A stretch of 64,000 bases of DNA from Candidatus Rokuibacteriota bacterium (GCA_030647435.1 JAUSJX010000081.1:2913-66912); one strand, 5' to 3'; positions 9,731 through 19,220 are shown, counted from the first letter of the stretch. Numbers and translations are program-made. Notes: a model not told the origin generated them from the letters alone.

Positions 9731-10435
9731 ATGGCTGACACGCGCGGGACCATCCTCATCGTGGACGACGAGCCCGCCACGATCGAGCTGCTCTCCGACT
9801 ACCTCGGCGGCAAGCGGCTTGCCGTCGCCCGCGCGCACAACCTCGACGAGGCGCTGGCTGAGCTCGACCGGGAGCGCCCCAACGCCGTCCTCATCAGCCT
9901 GCGCCTGGGCGAGGCCGATGGGCTCGAGGTGCTCCAACGCATCCGGGAGGTCAACGTGCAGGTGGGGCTCCTCGTCATGGCCGAGCAGGAGGACGCGGGC
10001 CGCGCCAAGGAGGCGCTCGCGCTCGGGGCCATGGACTACCTCCTCAAGCCCATCGACTTCGACTATCTGAACCGCGCCATCGAGAAGGCCCTGAGCGTCT
10101 CGGCGCCGATGATCGACTACGCGGAGACGCCGCCCGAGCCCGCGGCGGCTCTGACGCCGTCCGGTCTGCTTTACGCGCTTGCCCTCGAAGTCTTCCGGGC
10201 GACGCGAGCGTTCTCTCCTGAGGCGCGCGCCTCGGTCGGCACCGGGCTCGAGCAGGCGGCGCTCGCCGCCATGCAGCGAGGTGTCGGCGGCGAGAAGGCC
10301 GAGGTCATTCGCGCGCTCAACCAGGTGCGCAACATGATCCGCTTCGCGTTTGACCTGGGCGACATCAGCGCCGAGACGGCCGGGCGTCTCGACGAGCACA
10401 TGGCGCGGGCGCGCCGGTCCGTGGGGCTGTCGTAG
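9731..10435 (+). CDS. Response regulator (CheY-like receiver) with C-terminal helical domain of unknown function
   Basis: N-terminal REC domain (ILIVDDEP...D...KP). The C-terminal ~100 aa is helical and has no recognisable DNA-binding motif. Confidence 0.65.
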   Translation: MADTRGTILIVDDEPATIELLSDYLGGKRLAVARAHNLDEALAELDRERPNAVLISLRLGEADGLEVLQRIREVNVQVGLLVMAEQEDAGRAKEALALGAMDYLLKPIDFDYLNRAIEKALSVSAPMIDYAETPPEPAAALTPSGLLYALALEVFRATRAFSPEARASVGTGLEQAALAAMQRGVGGEKAEVIRALNQVRNMIRFAFDLGDISAETAGRLDEHMARARRSVGLS

Positions 10436-10479
10436 CGCCCGGGCGCGCGCAGTCTTCCGTCCCGACTGGAGAGGACCTC

Positions 10480-11154
10480 GTGAATTCCGCCGTGCTGTTC
10501 GACTTCGGGGGCACGCTCGACGCCGACGGCCTGACGTGGAAGGAGCGCTTCCACCGCCTCTTCGAGGCCGAGGGCGTCGCCGTCGAGCCCGCGCGCTTCG
10601 ATCCCGTCTTCTACGCGGCCGACGATGCCCTCGTCGGCACCGTGCCGGAGTCCTTCTCGCTCGAGGAGACCGTCCGCCGTGTTGCCGACGGCGTGGCGAA
10701 AGCGCTTCGACCGAATGTTCCGGCGCTCGGCTCGCGGGTCGCGGCGCGCTTCCTTGCCGACGCCCGGGCCTGCTTCGAGTCGAACGCGCCGATCCTGGAG
10801 CGCCTCGCCCGCCGCTACCGCCTCGGCATCGTGTCCAACTTCTATGGCAATCTCGCGACGGTGTGCGATAATGCGCAGGTTCGGCGGTACTTTGGCGTCA
10901 TCATAGACTCGGCGCGGGTGGGGATCAGCAAGCCGGACCCGCGCATTTTCATGAAAGCTTTAGACGCGCTGGGGATCGAGCCGGGCCGCACGGTCATGGT
11001 TGGCGACTCACTGGCCCGCGACATGGCGGGAGCGCGCGCGGCCGGCATGGCCCACATCTGGCTCACGCCGGCCCCAGAGCGGCAGGGACGGCCGTGCTGC
11101 CCGGGCGACCGCGTGATCCAGTCGCTGCGCGACCTGGAGGGAATACTGCCGTGA
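10480..11154 (+). CDS. HAD-superfamily hydrolase (phosphatase), first gene of the IPCT/DIPPS-like operon
   Basis: DxG motif at the N-terminus (FDFGGTLD) and HAD motifs III/IV (ISKPDP, MVGDSLARD). GTG start. Its stop overlaps the next gene's start. Confidence 0.7.
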   Translation: MNSAVLFDFGGTLDADGLTWKERFHRLFEAEGVAVEPARFDPVFYAADDALVGTVPESFSLEETVRRVADGVAKALRPNVPALGSRVAARFLADARACFESNAPILERLARRYRLGIVSNFYGNLATVCDNAQVRRYFGVIIDSARVGISKPDPRIFMKALDALGIEPGRTVMVGDSLARDMAGARAAGMAHIWLTPAPERQGRPCCPGDRVIQSLRDLEGILP

Positions 11155-11873
11155 CATTGGATCCGGGCCTCTCTGGGTCGCCGGGCCTATCGGGCGGCAT
11201 CATCGCCGCGGGCGAGGGCAGCCGCCTGAGGCAAGCCGGCTGGGCCGTGCCCAAGCCCATGGTAGAGGTGGCGGGCGTGCCGCTGATCGAGTCGGCGATC
11301 CGGAACTTCGTCGCCGCGGGCATCACGCGGCTGTCGATCATCGTCAACGAGCAGGAGCGCGACTGCGCGGCGTGGGTCCGCGGCCGGTTCCCCGAGCTCG
11401 ACCTCCGGCTGACCGTGAAGACGACCGCCTCGTCGCTCGAGAGCTTCCGCGAGGTCGCCGGCGGTCCCGGCGCGGGGCGCATGCTGGTCTCGACGGTGGA
11501 CGCCTGGTGCCGCGCGGCGGACTTTCGGCGCTTCGTGGAGGCGGCGCTCCGCCGGCCGCGCGAGGCGACGGTACTGGCGGTGACGCCGCTCGTAGCCGAC
11601 GAGAAACCGCTGGGAGCGGTCGTGGACGCCCTAGGCCGCATCACCGCGCTCGGCGTCGAGTCGCCCGCGCTCGTGACGGCCGGTGTGTACCTCCTGTCGG
11701 AGCGGGTGCGGCGCATCGAGCCGCCCGTCGGCCTCGGCAGGCTGCGGGAGCACCTGGCCTGGCTCCTGGAGTCAGGCGAGCCGATGTACGGGGACGTGAT
11801 CGAGACCGTCGTGGACGTGGATCGAGCCGAGGACGTGGCGCTGGCCGAAGCGCTGGCGGCGCGGGCCTCGTGA
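11151..11873 (+). CDS. Sugar/alcohol-phosphate nucleotidyl(cytidylyl)transferase, IPCT-like
   Basis: N-terminal G-rich loop IIAAGEGSRL...PKPMVEVAGVPLIE resembles the CTP:inositol-1-phosphate cytidylyltransferase signature (AAGxGTRL...PKPLv.VgG). The GTG start overlaps the upstream TGA. Confidence 0.65.
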   Translation: MTLDPGLSGSPGLSGGIIAAGEGSRLRQAGWAVPKPMVEVAGVPLIESAIRNFVAAGITRLSIIVNEQERDCAAWVRGRFPELDLRLTVKTTASSLESFREVAGGPGAGRMLVSTVDAWCRAADFRRFVEAALRRPREATVLAVTPLVADEKPLGAVVDALGRITALGVESPALVTAGVYLLSERVRRIEPPVGLGRLREHLAWLLESGEPMYGDVIETVVDVDRAEDVALAEALAARAS

Positions 11874-11892
11874 GCGGACCGGGAGGAAGTGC

Positions 11893-12732
11893 GTGAACGA
11901 TTCTCATTGCTGGGGCATCTTCCGCGAGGAGGCGCACTCGCCGGGGCGGGAGAGCGACGACACCGAGATCCTGCGCCTGACCGCGAAGGGTCTCGAGGCC
12001 AAGGGGTTCCAGGTCGACCTGAAGACGCCTGACGAGCTGGGTGTCGTCACCGACACCAGGCCGCGCGGCATGTTCCTCATGTGCGAGCAGCCCGGGGCGC
12101 TCCAGGCGGTCACGGCGCTGGAGGTCTCCGGGGTTCGCGCGGTCAACAGCCCGGCCGCCGTGCTCAACACCTATCGCGAGCGCATGATCGCGCAGTTCGC
12201 GGAAGCGCGCGTGCCGTTCATCGCGAGCCGGCTCGTGACGACGTCGGACGAGCGCATCGCCGCGCCGCGGTCGCTGTGGGTCAAGCGCGCCGACGTCCAC
12301 AACACCCAGGAGGGCGACGTCGTCTATGCCGCGGACGCGGCGGCCGCCGCGCTCGCGCTCGAGGGGCTCGCGGCGCGCGGCATCCCGCGCGCCGTCCTCC
12401 AGCCCCACGTGGACGGCGACTTGATTAAGTTCTACGGCATCGGTCCCGGCGGCGGCGCCCACGGCGAGCCGCCCTGGTTCCGGTGGTTCTACCACAAGGA
12501 CCAGCAGCTCAGCGGCCACGCCTTCGACCAGCGCGCGCTCGCGCGCCTCGTGCGCCAGGCGGCCGGCGCGCTCGGCCTCGAGATCTACGGCGGCGACTGC
12601 ATCGCGACCGCTTCGGGCGAGCTCGTCCTGATCGACCTCAACGCGTGGCCGAGCTTCGCGCTCTTCCGCGAGGAGGCCGCCTCCGCCATCGCCGCGTACC
12701 TCTCGGTGCGCTTCACGGGGAGGCCGCGGTGA
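11893..12732 (+). CDS. ATP-grasp family ligase (RimK / glutathione-synthetase-like fold)
   Basis: 279 aa with a C-terminal ATP-grasp pattern (GDLIKFYGIG...ELVLIDLNAWPSF). Lies inside the coupled operon. Confidence 0.55.
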   Translation: MNDSHCWGIFREEAHSPGRESDDTEILRLTAKGLEAKGFQVDLKTPDELGVVTDTRPRGMFLMCEQPGALQAVTALEVSGVRAVNSPAAVLNTYRERMIAQFAEARVPFIASRLVTTSDERIAAPRSLWVKRADVHNTQEGDVVYAADAAAAALALEGLAARGIPRAVLQPHVDGDLIKFYGIGPGGGAHGEPPWFRWFYHKDQQLSGHAFDQRALARLVRQAAGALGLEIYGGDCIATASGELVLIDLNAWPSFALFREEAASAIAAYLSVRFTGRPR

Positions 12733-14072
12733 GCGGGATGCGCGAGCCCGGGCCGCGGGAGCCAGGGCCGCGATCCAAGGAGATCGTCGAGCGCGAGCGG
12801 CGCCACGCCGCCGCCGGCGGGCAGGGCTTCGCGCTCTACGCGGGGCTCGCCATGGCGCGCGGCCAGGGGTGCACGCTCGTGGACGAGGACGGCCAGGAGT
12901 ACATCGACTTCATCGCGGGCGTCGCCGTGGGCTCCGTCGGTCACTGCCACCCGCACTACGTCGAGGCGCTCAAGAACCAGGTCGAGAAGCTCACCTTCGG
13001 CAGCTTCACGACCGAGGCGCGCGCGCGCTTCCTCGAGCTGGTCGCCTCCGTGACGCCCGAGGGGCTGACGCGCATCCAGATGTTCTCGGGCGGCGCTGAG
13101 GCTGTCGAGGCGGCGTTGAGACTCGCCAAAGTTGCCACGGGCAAGGACGAGGTCATCGGCTTCTGGGGCGGCTTCCACGGCAAGACCGGCGGCGTGCTGG
13201 GTCTCCTCGGCAGCGACTTCAAGCACCACCTGGGTCCCTTCATGCCGGGCCAGTACTCGACGCCGTATGCCGACTGCTACCGCTGCCCGCTCAAGCTCAC
13301 GTATCCCGACTGCGGCATCGCCTGCGCCGAGTTCGTTGGCGACGTGATCCGCTACCAGACGGGCGGCGAGATCGCGGCCATCATCGTCGAGCCGATGCAG
13401 GGCACGGCCGGGAACATCATCCCGCCCGAGGGTTTCCTGCGCGCCATTCAGCAGATCGCCAAGGATGCAGGCGCGCTCCTGATCGCGGACGAGATGATCA
13501 CGGGCTTTGGGCGAACGGGCCTCATGTGGGGCTCGGAGCACGACCGGGTCGTGCCCGACATCATGACCGTCGGCAAGGGCGTGGGCGGCGGCTTCCCGCT
13601 GTCCGCCGTCATCTCCACGGATGACCTGACGAGCCGGAAGCCCTGGTCCAACCCGTCCGCCAGCTCGTCCTCGTACGGCGCCAACCCGCTCGCCTCAGCG
13701 GCGGGGCTGGCGGCGCTCGAGATCATTCTCAAGGAAGACCTCGTCAAGAACGCCGACCGCGTGGGCGCCGTCATGCTCACCCGGCTCGAGGCGATGAAGG
13801 AGAAGTACCGGTGCGTGGGCGAGGTGCGCGGCCGCGGCCTGATGCTGGGCATGGAGCTGGTCAAGGACCGCCGCACCAAGGAGCCGCTCGGCAAGGACGT
13901 GACGCAGGCGCTCTACAAGGAGTGCCTCAGGCGCGGGCTTGCCGCGATGACGTATTCACCGACGGTGCGCATCAACCCGCCGCTGATCATCCGCGAAGAG
14001 GCCGCGCTCAACGGGCTCGCCATCCTCGACGAGGCCCTGGGGACGATAGTCAGGGAGCACCGGCTCCAGTAG
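12729..14072 (+). CDS. Class III pyridoxal-phosphate-dependent aminotransferase
   Basis: AT-III hallmarks: GHCHP, FSGGAEAVEAALRLA, LLIADEMITGFGRTG, and the PLP-binding Lys in TVGKGVGGGFP. The GTG start overlaps the preceding TGA. Confidence 0.8.
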   Translation: MSGMREPGPREPGPRSKEIVERERRHAAAGGQGFALYAGLAMARGQGCTLVDEDGQEYIDFIAGVAVGSVGHCHPHYVEALKNQVEKLTFGSFTTEARARFLELVASVTPEGLTRIQMFSGGAEAVEAALRLAKVATGKDEVIGFWGGFHGKTGGVLGLLGSDFKHHLGPFMPGQYSTPYADCYRCPLKLTYPDCGIACAEFVGDVIRYQTGGEIAAIIVEPMQGTAGNIIPPEGFLRAIQQIAKDAGALLIADEMITGFGRTGLMWGSEHDRVVPDIMTVGKGVGGGFPLSAVISTDDLTSRKPWSNPSASSSSYGANPLASAAGLAALEIILKEDLVKNADRVGAVMLTRLEAMKEKYRCVGEVRGRGLMLGMELVKDRRTKEPLGKDVTQALYKECLRRGLAAMTYSPTVRINPPLIIREEAALNGLAILDEALGTIVREHRLQ

Positions 14073-14073
14073 C

Positions 14074-15108
14074 ATGCTGCGCGGCGCCGTCATCGGGCTC
14101 GGCAATGTCGCCATCTACGGGCATCTGCCCGGGTGGCTCGGCCGCCCGGACGTTCGGATCGCGGCCGCCGCCGACTCCCGTCCCGCCCAGCGCGCCCTGT
14201 GCGAGGCGCGGCTTCCCGGCGCGCGCTGGTACGACTCGCCCGAAGATCTCCTGGCCGGCGAGCCGCTCGACTTCGTGGACATCTCCACCCCTCCCTCGAG
14301 CCACGCGCCCCTTATCGTCAGTGCCCTCGAGCGGGGCCTGCACGTGCTGTGCGAGAAGCCGCTCGTGAGTTCGCCCGCTGATCTGCGCCGCGTCACCCTA
14401 GCGGCCCGCTCGGCCGGCCGCGTGCTGCACACCGTGCACAACTGGCACCACGCGCCCATCCTCTCACTGACCGCCGACCTCATCCGCGAGGGCGAGATCG
14501 GTCGGGTGCGGCGCATTGTCTGGGAGACGCTGCGGGTGAGACCGGCAGCGGGCGGCAGTATCAACTGGCGGGTGGACCCCGCGGTGGCCGGCGGCGGCGT
14601 CCTCACCGACCACGGCTGGCACGTCTTCTACGTCCTGCCGGCCTGGGTCGGCGCGCGGCCGACAAGCGTCGGCGCGCGGCTCGAGACGCGGCGCCACACG
14701 GCTTTCGCCGTCGAGGACACGGCGTCGGTGCGGCTCGAGTTTGCCGACGCGAGCGCCGAGATTCTCCTGACCTGGGCCGCGGAGGAGCGGCGCAACCGGG
14801 TCGAGGTGGACGGCACGGAGGGGAGGATCGAGCTCCGCGACGACACGCTCGTGCTCACCGGCAAGGGTGGCGAGCGGCGCTGGTCGGGGCTGCCGGCGCT
14901 GTCGGACGGCTCGCATCATCCCGATTGGTTCCACAAGGTGGCGGGCCGCTTCATTGGGGCGGTGTCAGGAGGCGAGGGGCACGCGGACACCAACCTCGCG
15001 GAGGCGGCGCTCTGCTGCGAGATCGAGTACCTGGCTCGCGAGTCGAGCAGGCGGGGCGGAGCGCAGATACCGCTCAGCCGGGCGCCCCTCGCGGGGTCGC
15101 GTCTGTGA
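14074..15108 (+). CDS. Gfo/Idh/MocA family NAD(P)-dependent oxidoreductase (inositol-2-dehydrogenase-like)
   Basis: N-terminal Rossmann fold GAVIGLGNVAIYGHLPG and the EKP motif (LCEKPL). 344 aa. Confidence 0.8.
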   Translation: MLRGAVIGLGNVAIYGHLPGWLGRPDVRIAAAADSRPAQRALCEARLPGARWYDSPEDLLAGEPLDFVDISTPPSSHAPLIVSALERGLHVLCEKPLVSSPADLRRVTLAARSAGRVLHTVHNWHHAPILSLTADLIREGEIGRVRRIVWETLRVRPAAGGSINWRVDPAVAGGGVLTDHGWHVFYVLPAWVGARPTSVGARLETRRHTAFAVEDTASVRLEFADASAEILLTWAAEERRNRVEVDGTEGRIELRDDTLVLTGKGGERRWSGLPALSDGSHHPDWFHKVAGRFIGAVSGGEGHADTNLAEAALCCEIEYLARESSRRGGAQIPLSRAPLAGSRL

Positions 15109-16187
15109 CGGAGAGCCTTCTCGTGGTCGTGGATGCCGGCGTGGCGCCCGACATCACTCCCGAGACGATGGTGGCGGGGCTGCCGCTCGGGCGGCGCCTC
15201 TTGCTCGCCGGGGCGCGCGCGGGACTCGCCTCCGCCCCGTCCTCGGAGCCGGGACGCCGGCGTGTGATCCTCGTACCGTCCAACGTCATCCCGCAGCCGC
15301 GGTGGCTGCGGGCCCTGGCCGCCATGCCGCTCCAGCCCGAGACGCTCTGGGTGGATCCCGCGCAGGTCGCCGTGGTGGACACCGACGATCCGAAGCCGGT
15401 GCTCGACGCCGCCGGCCGCGCGGCGAGCGCGGCCGAGTGCGTCGCCGCCCTCAAAGGCCGGTTCGCGACGATCGAGGGGACCGCGGATCACAGGGGCCGC
15501 TTCGCGGTTCGCACGGCCGGCGACCTGCGCCGCGCCGAGTCGTGGCTGCTGCGCGGTCTCATCAAGGACTCCGAGGGCTTCATGTCCCGCCACGTCGAGC
15601 GGCTGGTCTCGCTCGCGCTGACGCGGCGCCTCGTCTGGACCTCGGTCACCCCGAACGCGATGACGCTCGTCTCGCTCGCCATCGGCCTGGCGGCGGCGCC
15701 GTTCTTCCTCTCCTCGACCCCCGGCTGGCAGCTCGCGGGCGCGCTCCTCTTCCTCCTGCACTCGATCCTGGACGGCTGCGACGGCGAGATCGCGCGGCTG
15801 AAATTCCTCGAATCCGCGGGCGGGGCGGCGCTGGATTTCTGGGGCGACAACAGCGTCCACGTGGCGGTCTTCGGCTGCATGGCTGTCGGCTGGAGCCTCT
15901 CCGCGCATTCGCCATGGCCGCTCTGCGTGGGAGCGGTCGCCGTCGCCAGCACGCTCGCCGCCGCGTTCGTCGTCGCGCCCCACATGGTCTCGGCGTTCGC
16001 GACGGCGGGGTCGCGCTCGGCGGGGGCCAAGACGGCCGACGCGCTCGCCAACCGCGACTTCATCTACCTGATCGTGGCGTTGTCGGTCTTCGGCAAGGCG
16101 GGGTGGTTCATCGTCTTCGTCGCGATCGGCACGCCGATCTTCGTGCTCGTGCGGCTCTGGGCCGACCGGCCGCAGGGGAGAGCCTAG
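15105..16187 (+). CDS. DIPPS-like CDP-alcohol phosphatidyltransferase with degenerate N-terminal nucleotidyltransferase-like domain
   Basis: C-terminal membrane domain has PNAMTLVSL...HSILDGCDGEIARL. This nearly matches the signature of bifunctional IPCT/DIPPS (di-myo-inositol-phosphate-phosphate synthase): PNQMTLISF...SSILDGCDGEIAR. The N-terminal ~190 aa lacks an intact GxGxRL loop. The GTG start overlaps the upstream stop. Confidence 0.75.
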   Translation: MTESLLVVVDAGVAPDITPETMVAGLPLGRRLLLAGARAGLASAPSSEPGRRRVILVPSNVIPQPRWLRALAAMPLQPETLWVDPAQVAVVDTDDPKPVLDAAGRAASAAECVAALKGRFATIEGTADHRGRFAVRTAGDLRRAESWLLRGLIKDSEGFMSRHVERLVSLALTRRLVWTSVTPNAMTLVSLAIGLAAAPFFLSSTPGWQLAGALLFLLHSILDGCDGEIARLKFLESAGGAALDFWGDNSVHVAVFGCMAVGWSLSAHSPWPLCVGAVAVASTLAAAFVVAPHMVSAFATAGSRSAGAKTADALANRDFIYLIVALSVFGKAGWFIVFVAIGTPIFVLVRLWADRPQGRA

Positions 16188-16190
16188 CCC

Positions 16191-17762
16191 GTGGCCGGGT
16201 TCATCGACGTCCTGCTCCGGGGGCTGGCCCTCTGCGGCCAGGCCGCCGCCATCGGAGGCGTGCTGTTCGCGCTGCTCGTCCTCAAGCCCGCCGCGCGCCG
16301 GCGCCCCGAGCTCTCCGCGCTGCTGGGCCGCCTCCTGCTCCTCGTCGTCGCGGGCGCAGTCGCCGTCACGGCAGGACAGCTTCTGGCGCTGACGGTCCAG
16401 CAGGTGGTGTTGGCGGGCGGGCAGGCGTGGCCCATCCGCGAGGTGCTCGGCACGGCCTACTTCCAGGCGAGCGCGCTCCGCGTGCTGACCTGCATTGCGC
16501 TCATCGTGGGCGCGCTTCGGCTCAGGCGGCGCCCCGACGCGCCCGGGTGGTGGCCCGCGATGGTGGCGCTGACCGTGGCGTTGGCCGCCACGGCAGCGGG
16601 GATCAGCCATGCGGCCGCGCGCCTCGAGCACGGCGGCGTCTTGTTTCTCCTGGACGCCGTGCACCAGTATGCCGCGTCAGTCTGGGTGGGAGGCCTCATG
16701 CATCTCACGGCCATGGCCTACGGGCGCGGCGGCGATGCGTGGCCGGCGCTCCTGCTCAAGCGCTTCTCGTCGATGGCGCTCTGCTCGGTGGTGGCGCTCG
16801 TCGCGGGGGGCGTCGGGTTGACGGTCTACTACGTGGACGGCTTCTCGGCTTTCACCGGGACGGCCTACGGCATGATGGTCGGCACCAAGATGACGATCCT
16901 GGCGCTCATCCTCGTGCTGGGCGCGCTCAACTTCTTCGTGGTGCGACGGCTGCCGTCGGCCGACCCCGTCTCGCTGCTGCGTCTCCGCCGCTTCGTGGAG
17001 GTCGAGCTGGGGCTCGGCGTCACCGTGCTCTTCGCCGCGGCCTCCCTGACGTCGCTGCCGCCCGCTGTGGACGTGGTCAATGACCGCGCCACGTTCGCCG
17101 AGGTCGCCCACGTGTTCACGCCCCGCGTGCCGTCCTTTACCTCGTCCAAGCTCGAGGACATGCCGCTGACCGACCGCGAGGCCCCGCGGACCGACGCGGA
17201 CCGGCAGTGGAGCGAGTACAACCACCACGTGGCCGGGCTGATCGTCCTGATCATGGGCATCCTCGCCATCCTCTACCGCACGGGCTGGGCGCCGTGGGCG
17301 CGGCACTGGCCGCTCGTCTTCTTCGCGCTGGCGGCTTTCCTGCTGGTGCGCAACGATCCGGGCTCCTGGCCATTGGGTCCGCAAGGTTTCTGGGCGGGCA
17401 TGCTCTTCACGGAGGTGCTCCAGCACCGGATCTTCGTGCTTCTCGTGCTGGGCTTCGGCACCTTCGAGTGGATGGTGCGCACGGGGCGTATCCGCTCGCC
17501 CCGCGCCGCCCTGGTCTTCCCCATCCTCTGCTCGGTGGGCGGCGCCCTTCTCCTCACGCACTCTCACGCCTCGCTGAACCTCAAGGCGGAGTACCTGATC
17601 GAAGTAACGCACATGCCCCTGGGCGGGATCGCCATGCTCGTGGGCTGGGGGCGCTGGCTCGAGCTGCGGCTCCAGCCCGGGGAGACGGCCCTGCCCGGGC
17701 GCGTCTGGTCGATCGGCTTGGCGATGGTCGGCGTGCTTCTTCTGCTTTACCGCGAGAGCTAG
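16191..17762 (+). CDS. CopD-family multi-pass membrane protein (copper-resistance/export-like) with extra C-terminal TM domain
   Basis: 523 aa with about 12 predicted TM helices. N-terminal half is CopD-like; the C-terminal half has His-rich loops (HSHAS). GTG start. Confidence 0.5.
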   Translation: MAGFIDVLLRGLALCGQAAAIGGVLFALLVLKPAARRRPELSALLGRLLLLVVAGAVAVTAGQLLALTVQQVVLAGGQAWPIREVLGTAYFQASALRVLTCIALIVGALRLRRRPDAPGWWPAMVALTVALAATAAGISHAAARLEHGGVLFLLDAVHQYAASVWVGGLMHLTAMAYGRGGDAWPALLLKRFSSMALCSVVALVAGGVGLTVYYVDGFSAFTGTAYGMMVGTKMTILALILVLGALNFFVVRRLPSADPVSLLRLRRFVEVELGLGVTVLFAAASLTSLPPAVDVVNDRATFAEVAHVFTPRVPSFTSSKLEDMPLTDREAPRTDADRQWSEYNHHVAGLIVLIMGILAILYRTGWAPWARHWPLVFFALAAFLLVRNDPGSWPLGPQGFWAGMLFTEVLQHRIFVLLVLGFGTFEWMVRTGRIRSPRAALVFPILCSVGGALLLTHSHASLNLKAEYLIEVTHMPLGGIAMLVGWGRWLELRLQPGETALPGRVWSIGLAMVGVLLLLYRES

Positions 17763-17765
17763 CCG

Positions 17766-17880
17766 GCCGCCGATAAGGGCCCATCTGCTTCGTTGGCGCC
17801 CTCGGCCGCAGGCTCAACGTAGCAGGGCTACGCCTCGCCTGCGACCTTCGAGCGCCGCCTCGCATCTGGACCCTTCTCGA
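17766..17880 (-). repeat. Intergenic repeat family R1 (~110 bp), copy 1
   Basis: Its reverse complement is ~90% identical to 28222-28330 (shared core cagatgcgaggcggcgc...cgcaggcgaggcgta...gagcctgcgg..agggcgccaacgaagcagatgg.ccttatcggc). Generates the spurious MRGGARRSQARR ORF. Confidence 0.8.
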
Positions 17881-17904
17881 CGCCCTCCACCTCGGACAAA
17901 GACT

Positions 17905-19065
17905 TCAGACCGCTTCGAGGAGTAGTCCCTTCAGGTAGCGGGATTCTGGGACGGTCAATAGGACGGGGTGGTCGCGGCTCTGGGACAGCGTGCGCAGCAC
18001 CCGCACGTTGACGCCCGCATCGCCGGCGGCCTCGCGGCAGATCTCCTCGAAGAGCCCCGGCGTGATGTGGTGCGAGCAGGAGAAGGTCGCCAGCACCCCG
18101 CCGGGCTCGAGCAGCCTGAGACCCCGGATGTTGATCTCCTTGTAGCCGCGCGCCGCCGCCTCGATCGCGTCCTTCCGACGCGTGAAGGGCGGAGGATCGA
18201 GGACGACCACGCCGAAGCGCTCGCCTGCCGCCTCGAGACCCCGCAGGAGGTCGAAGGCATTGCCCTCCCTGAGCTCCGCCCGGGCCGTCGCGCCGTTCAG
18301 CTCCAGATTCCGTCGCGCCAGCGCGAGAGCGGCGGCCGACGAATCGAGCAGGAGCGCCTGGGTAGCGCCCGAGCGAAGCGCGTGGCAGGCGAAGCCGCCC
18401 GAGAAGCAGAAGGCGTCGAGCACGCGCCGCCCGTCGGCATGCCGAGCTACGAGGGCGCGGTTCTCGGCCTGGTCGAGGTAGAGGCCGGTCTTGTGGCCCG
18501 CGCCGGGGGTGACGCCGAAGCGGCAGTCACCCTCGGTGACCACGAGCTCTTGCCCTGCCGGATCCTGGCGGGCGTCGAAGCCCTCGAGGTGTGCCGCCGT
18601 CGGCTCGTCGAGCCGGTGGATGCTCCCGTCGGGGAATTGCCGCCAAAGGGCTGCCAAGATCCAGCCCTCCGCCTTGAACATCCCGAGCGTCAGGCACTGG
18701 ACCACGCTCACGGGGCCGTAACGGTCCACCACGAGACCGGGCAGCCCGTCCGCCTCGCTCCAGCAGAGGCGATAGGCATCGGAGACCAGGCCTGCCGTCC
18801 GGCGGTACTCCCAGGCGGCCTCGAGCCGGCGCCTGAAGAACGCGGCGTCAATGGCCTCGTCACGCCTCGTGAGGAGGCGACAGCAGAGCGACGGGCGGGG
18901 ATTGTAGAAGCCCTGGCCGAGGTAGCGGCCGCCGGCATCCACCACCTCGACGGCCTCGCCGGCCTGCGAGAAGCCCTTGAGGTCGGCGACCTGCGTCCGG
19001 TAGATCCAGGGGTGGCCGGCGTTGACTCGATGCTCGGCGCCGCGCTTGAGAATGAGCCTGGCCAT
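17905..19065 (-). CDS. rlmI: 23S rRNA (cytosine1962-C5)-methyltransferase RlmI (PUA plus class I SAM MTase)
   Basis: 386 aa with an N-terminal PUA-like region, the SAM-binding motif VLDAFCFSGGF and the catalytic motif DPPPF. Confidence 0.8.
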   Translation of the reverse strand: MARLILKRGAEHRVNAGHPWIYRTQVADLKGFSQAGEAVEVVDAGGRYLGQGFYNPRPSLCCRLLTRRDEAIDAAFFRRRLEAAWEYRRTAGLVSDAYRLCWSEADGLPGLVVDRYGPVSVVQCLTLGMFKAEGWILAALWRQFPDGSIHRLDEPTAAHLEGFDARQDPAGQELVVTEGDCRFGVTPGAGHKTGLYLDQAENRALVARHADGRRVLDAFCFSGGFACHALRSGATQALLLDSSAAALALARRNLELNGATARAELREGNAFDLLRGLEAAGERFGVVVLDPPPFTRRKDAIEAAARGYKEINIRGLRLLEPGGVLATFSCSHHITPGLFEEICREAAGDAGVNVRVLRTLSQSRDHPVLLTVPESRYLKGLLLEAV

Positions 19066-19125
19066 AGTGGTCTAGACGCTCCCCCTCACTGTTTCAGCCC
19101 TCGCCTCACCGCTCGAGGCGAGCGT
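19066..19125 (-). repeat. Intergenic repeat family R2 (~55 bp), single copy
   Basis: Its reverse complement (gagctgaaacgctcgcctcgagcggtgaggcgagggctgaaacagtgaggg) closely matches the tandem units at 30961-31076. Confidence 0.7.
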
Positions 19126-19162
19126 TTCAGCTCGAACTCCGGCCCTCTCCCCCAGAGGGAGC

Positions 19163-19191
19163 GAGGGTTTCAATTCTCCCTCTCCCCGCTG
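19163..19191 (-). terminator. GC-rich perfect hairpin (10-bp stem ccctctcccc/ggggagaggg, loop gct) between the methyltransferase gene and rlmI
   Basis: Perfect inverted repeat read directly from the sequence. No clear U-tract follows, so it may be a processing or stability element rather than an intrinsic terminator. Confidence 0.35.
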
Positions 19192-19220
19192 GGGAGAGGG
19201 CCGGGGTGAGGGGAAACTCC

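Noticed and set aside
14867-17083. 738-aa plus-strand ORF full of Arg/Gly/Ala
   Set aside because: Alternate frame of the DIPPS-like and CopD-like genes. Low-complexity RGRG-type translation with no start context.
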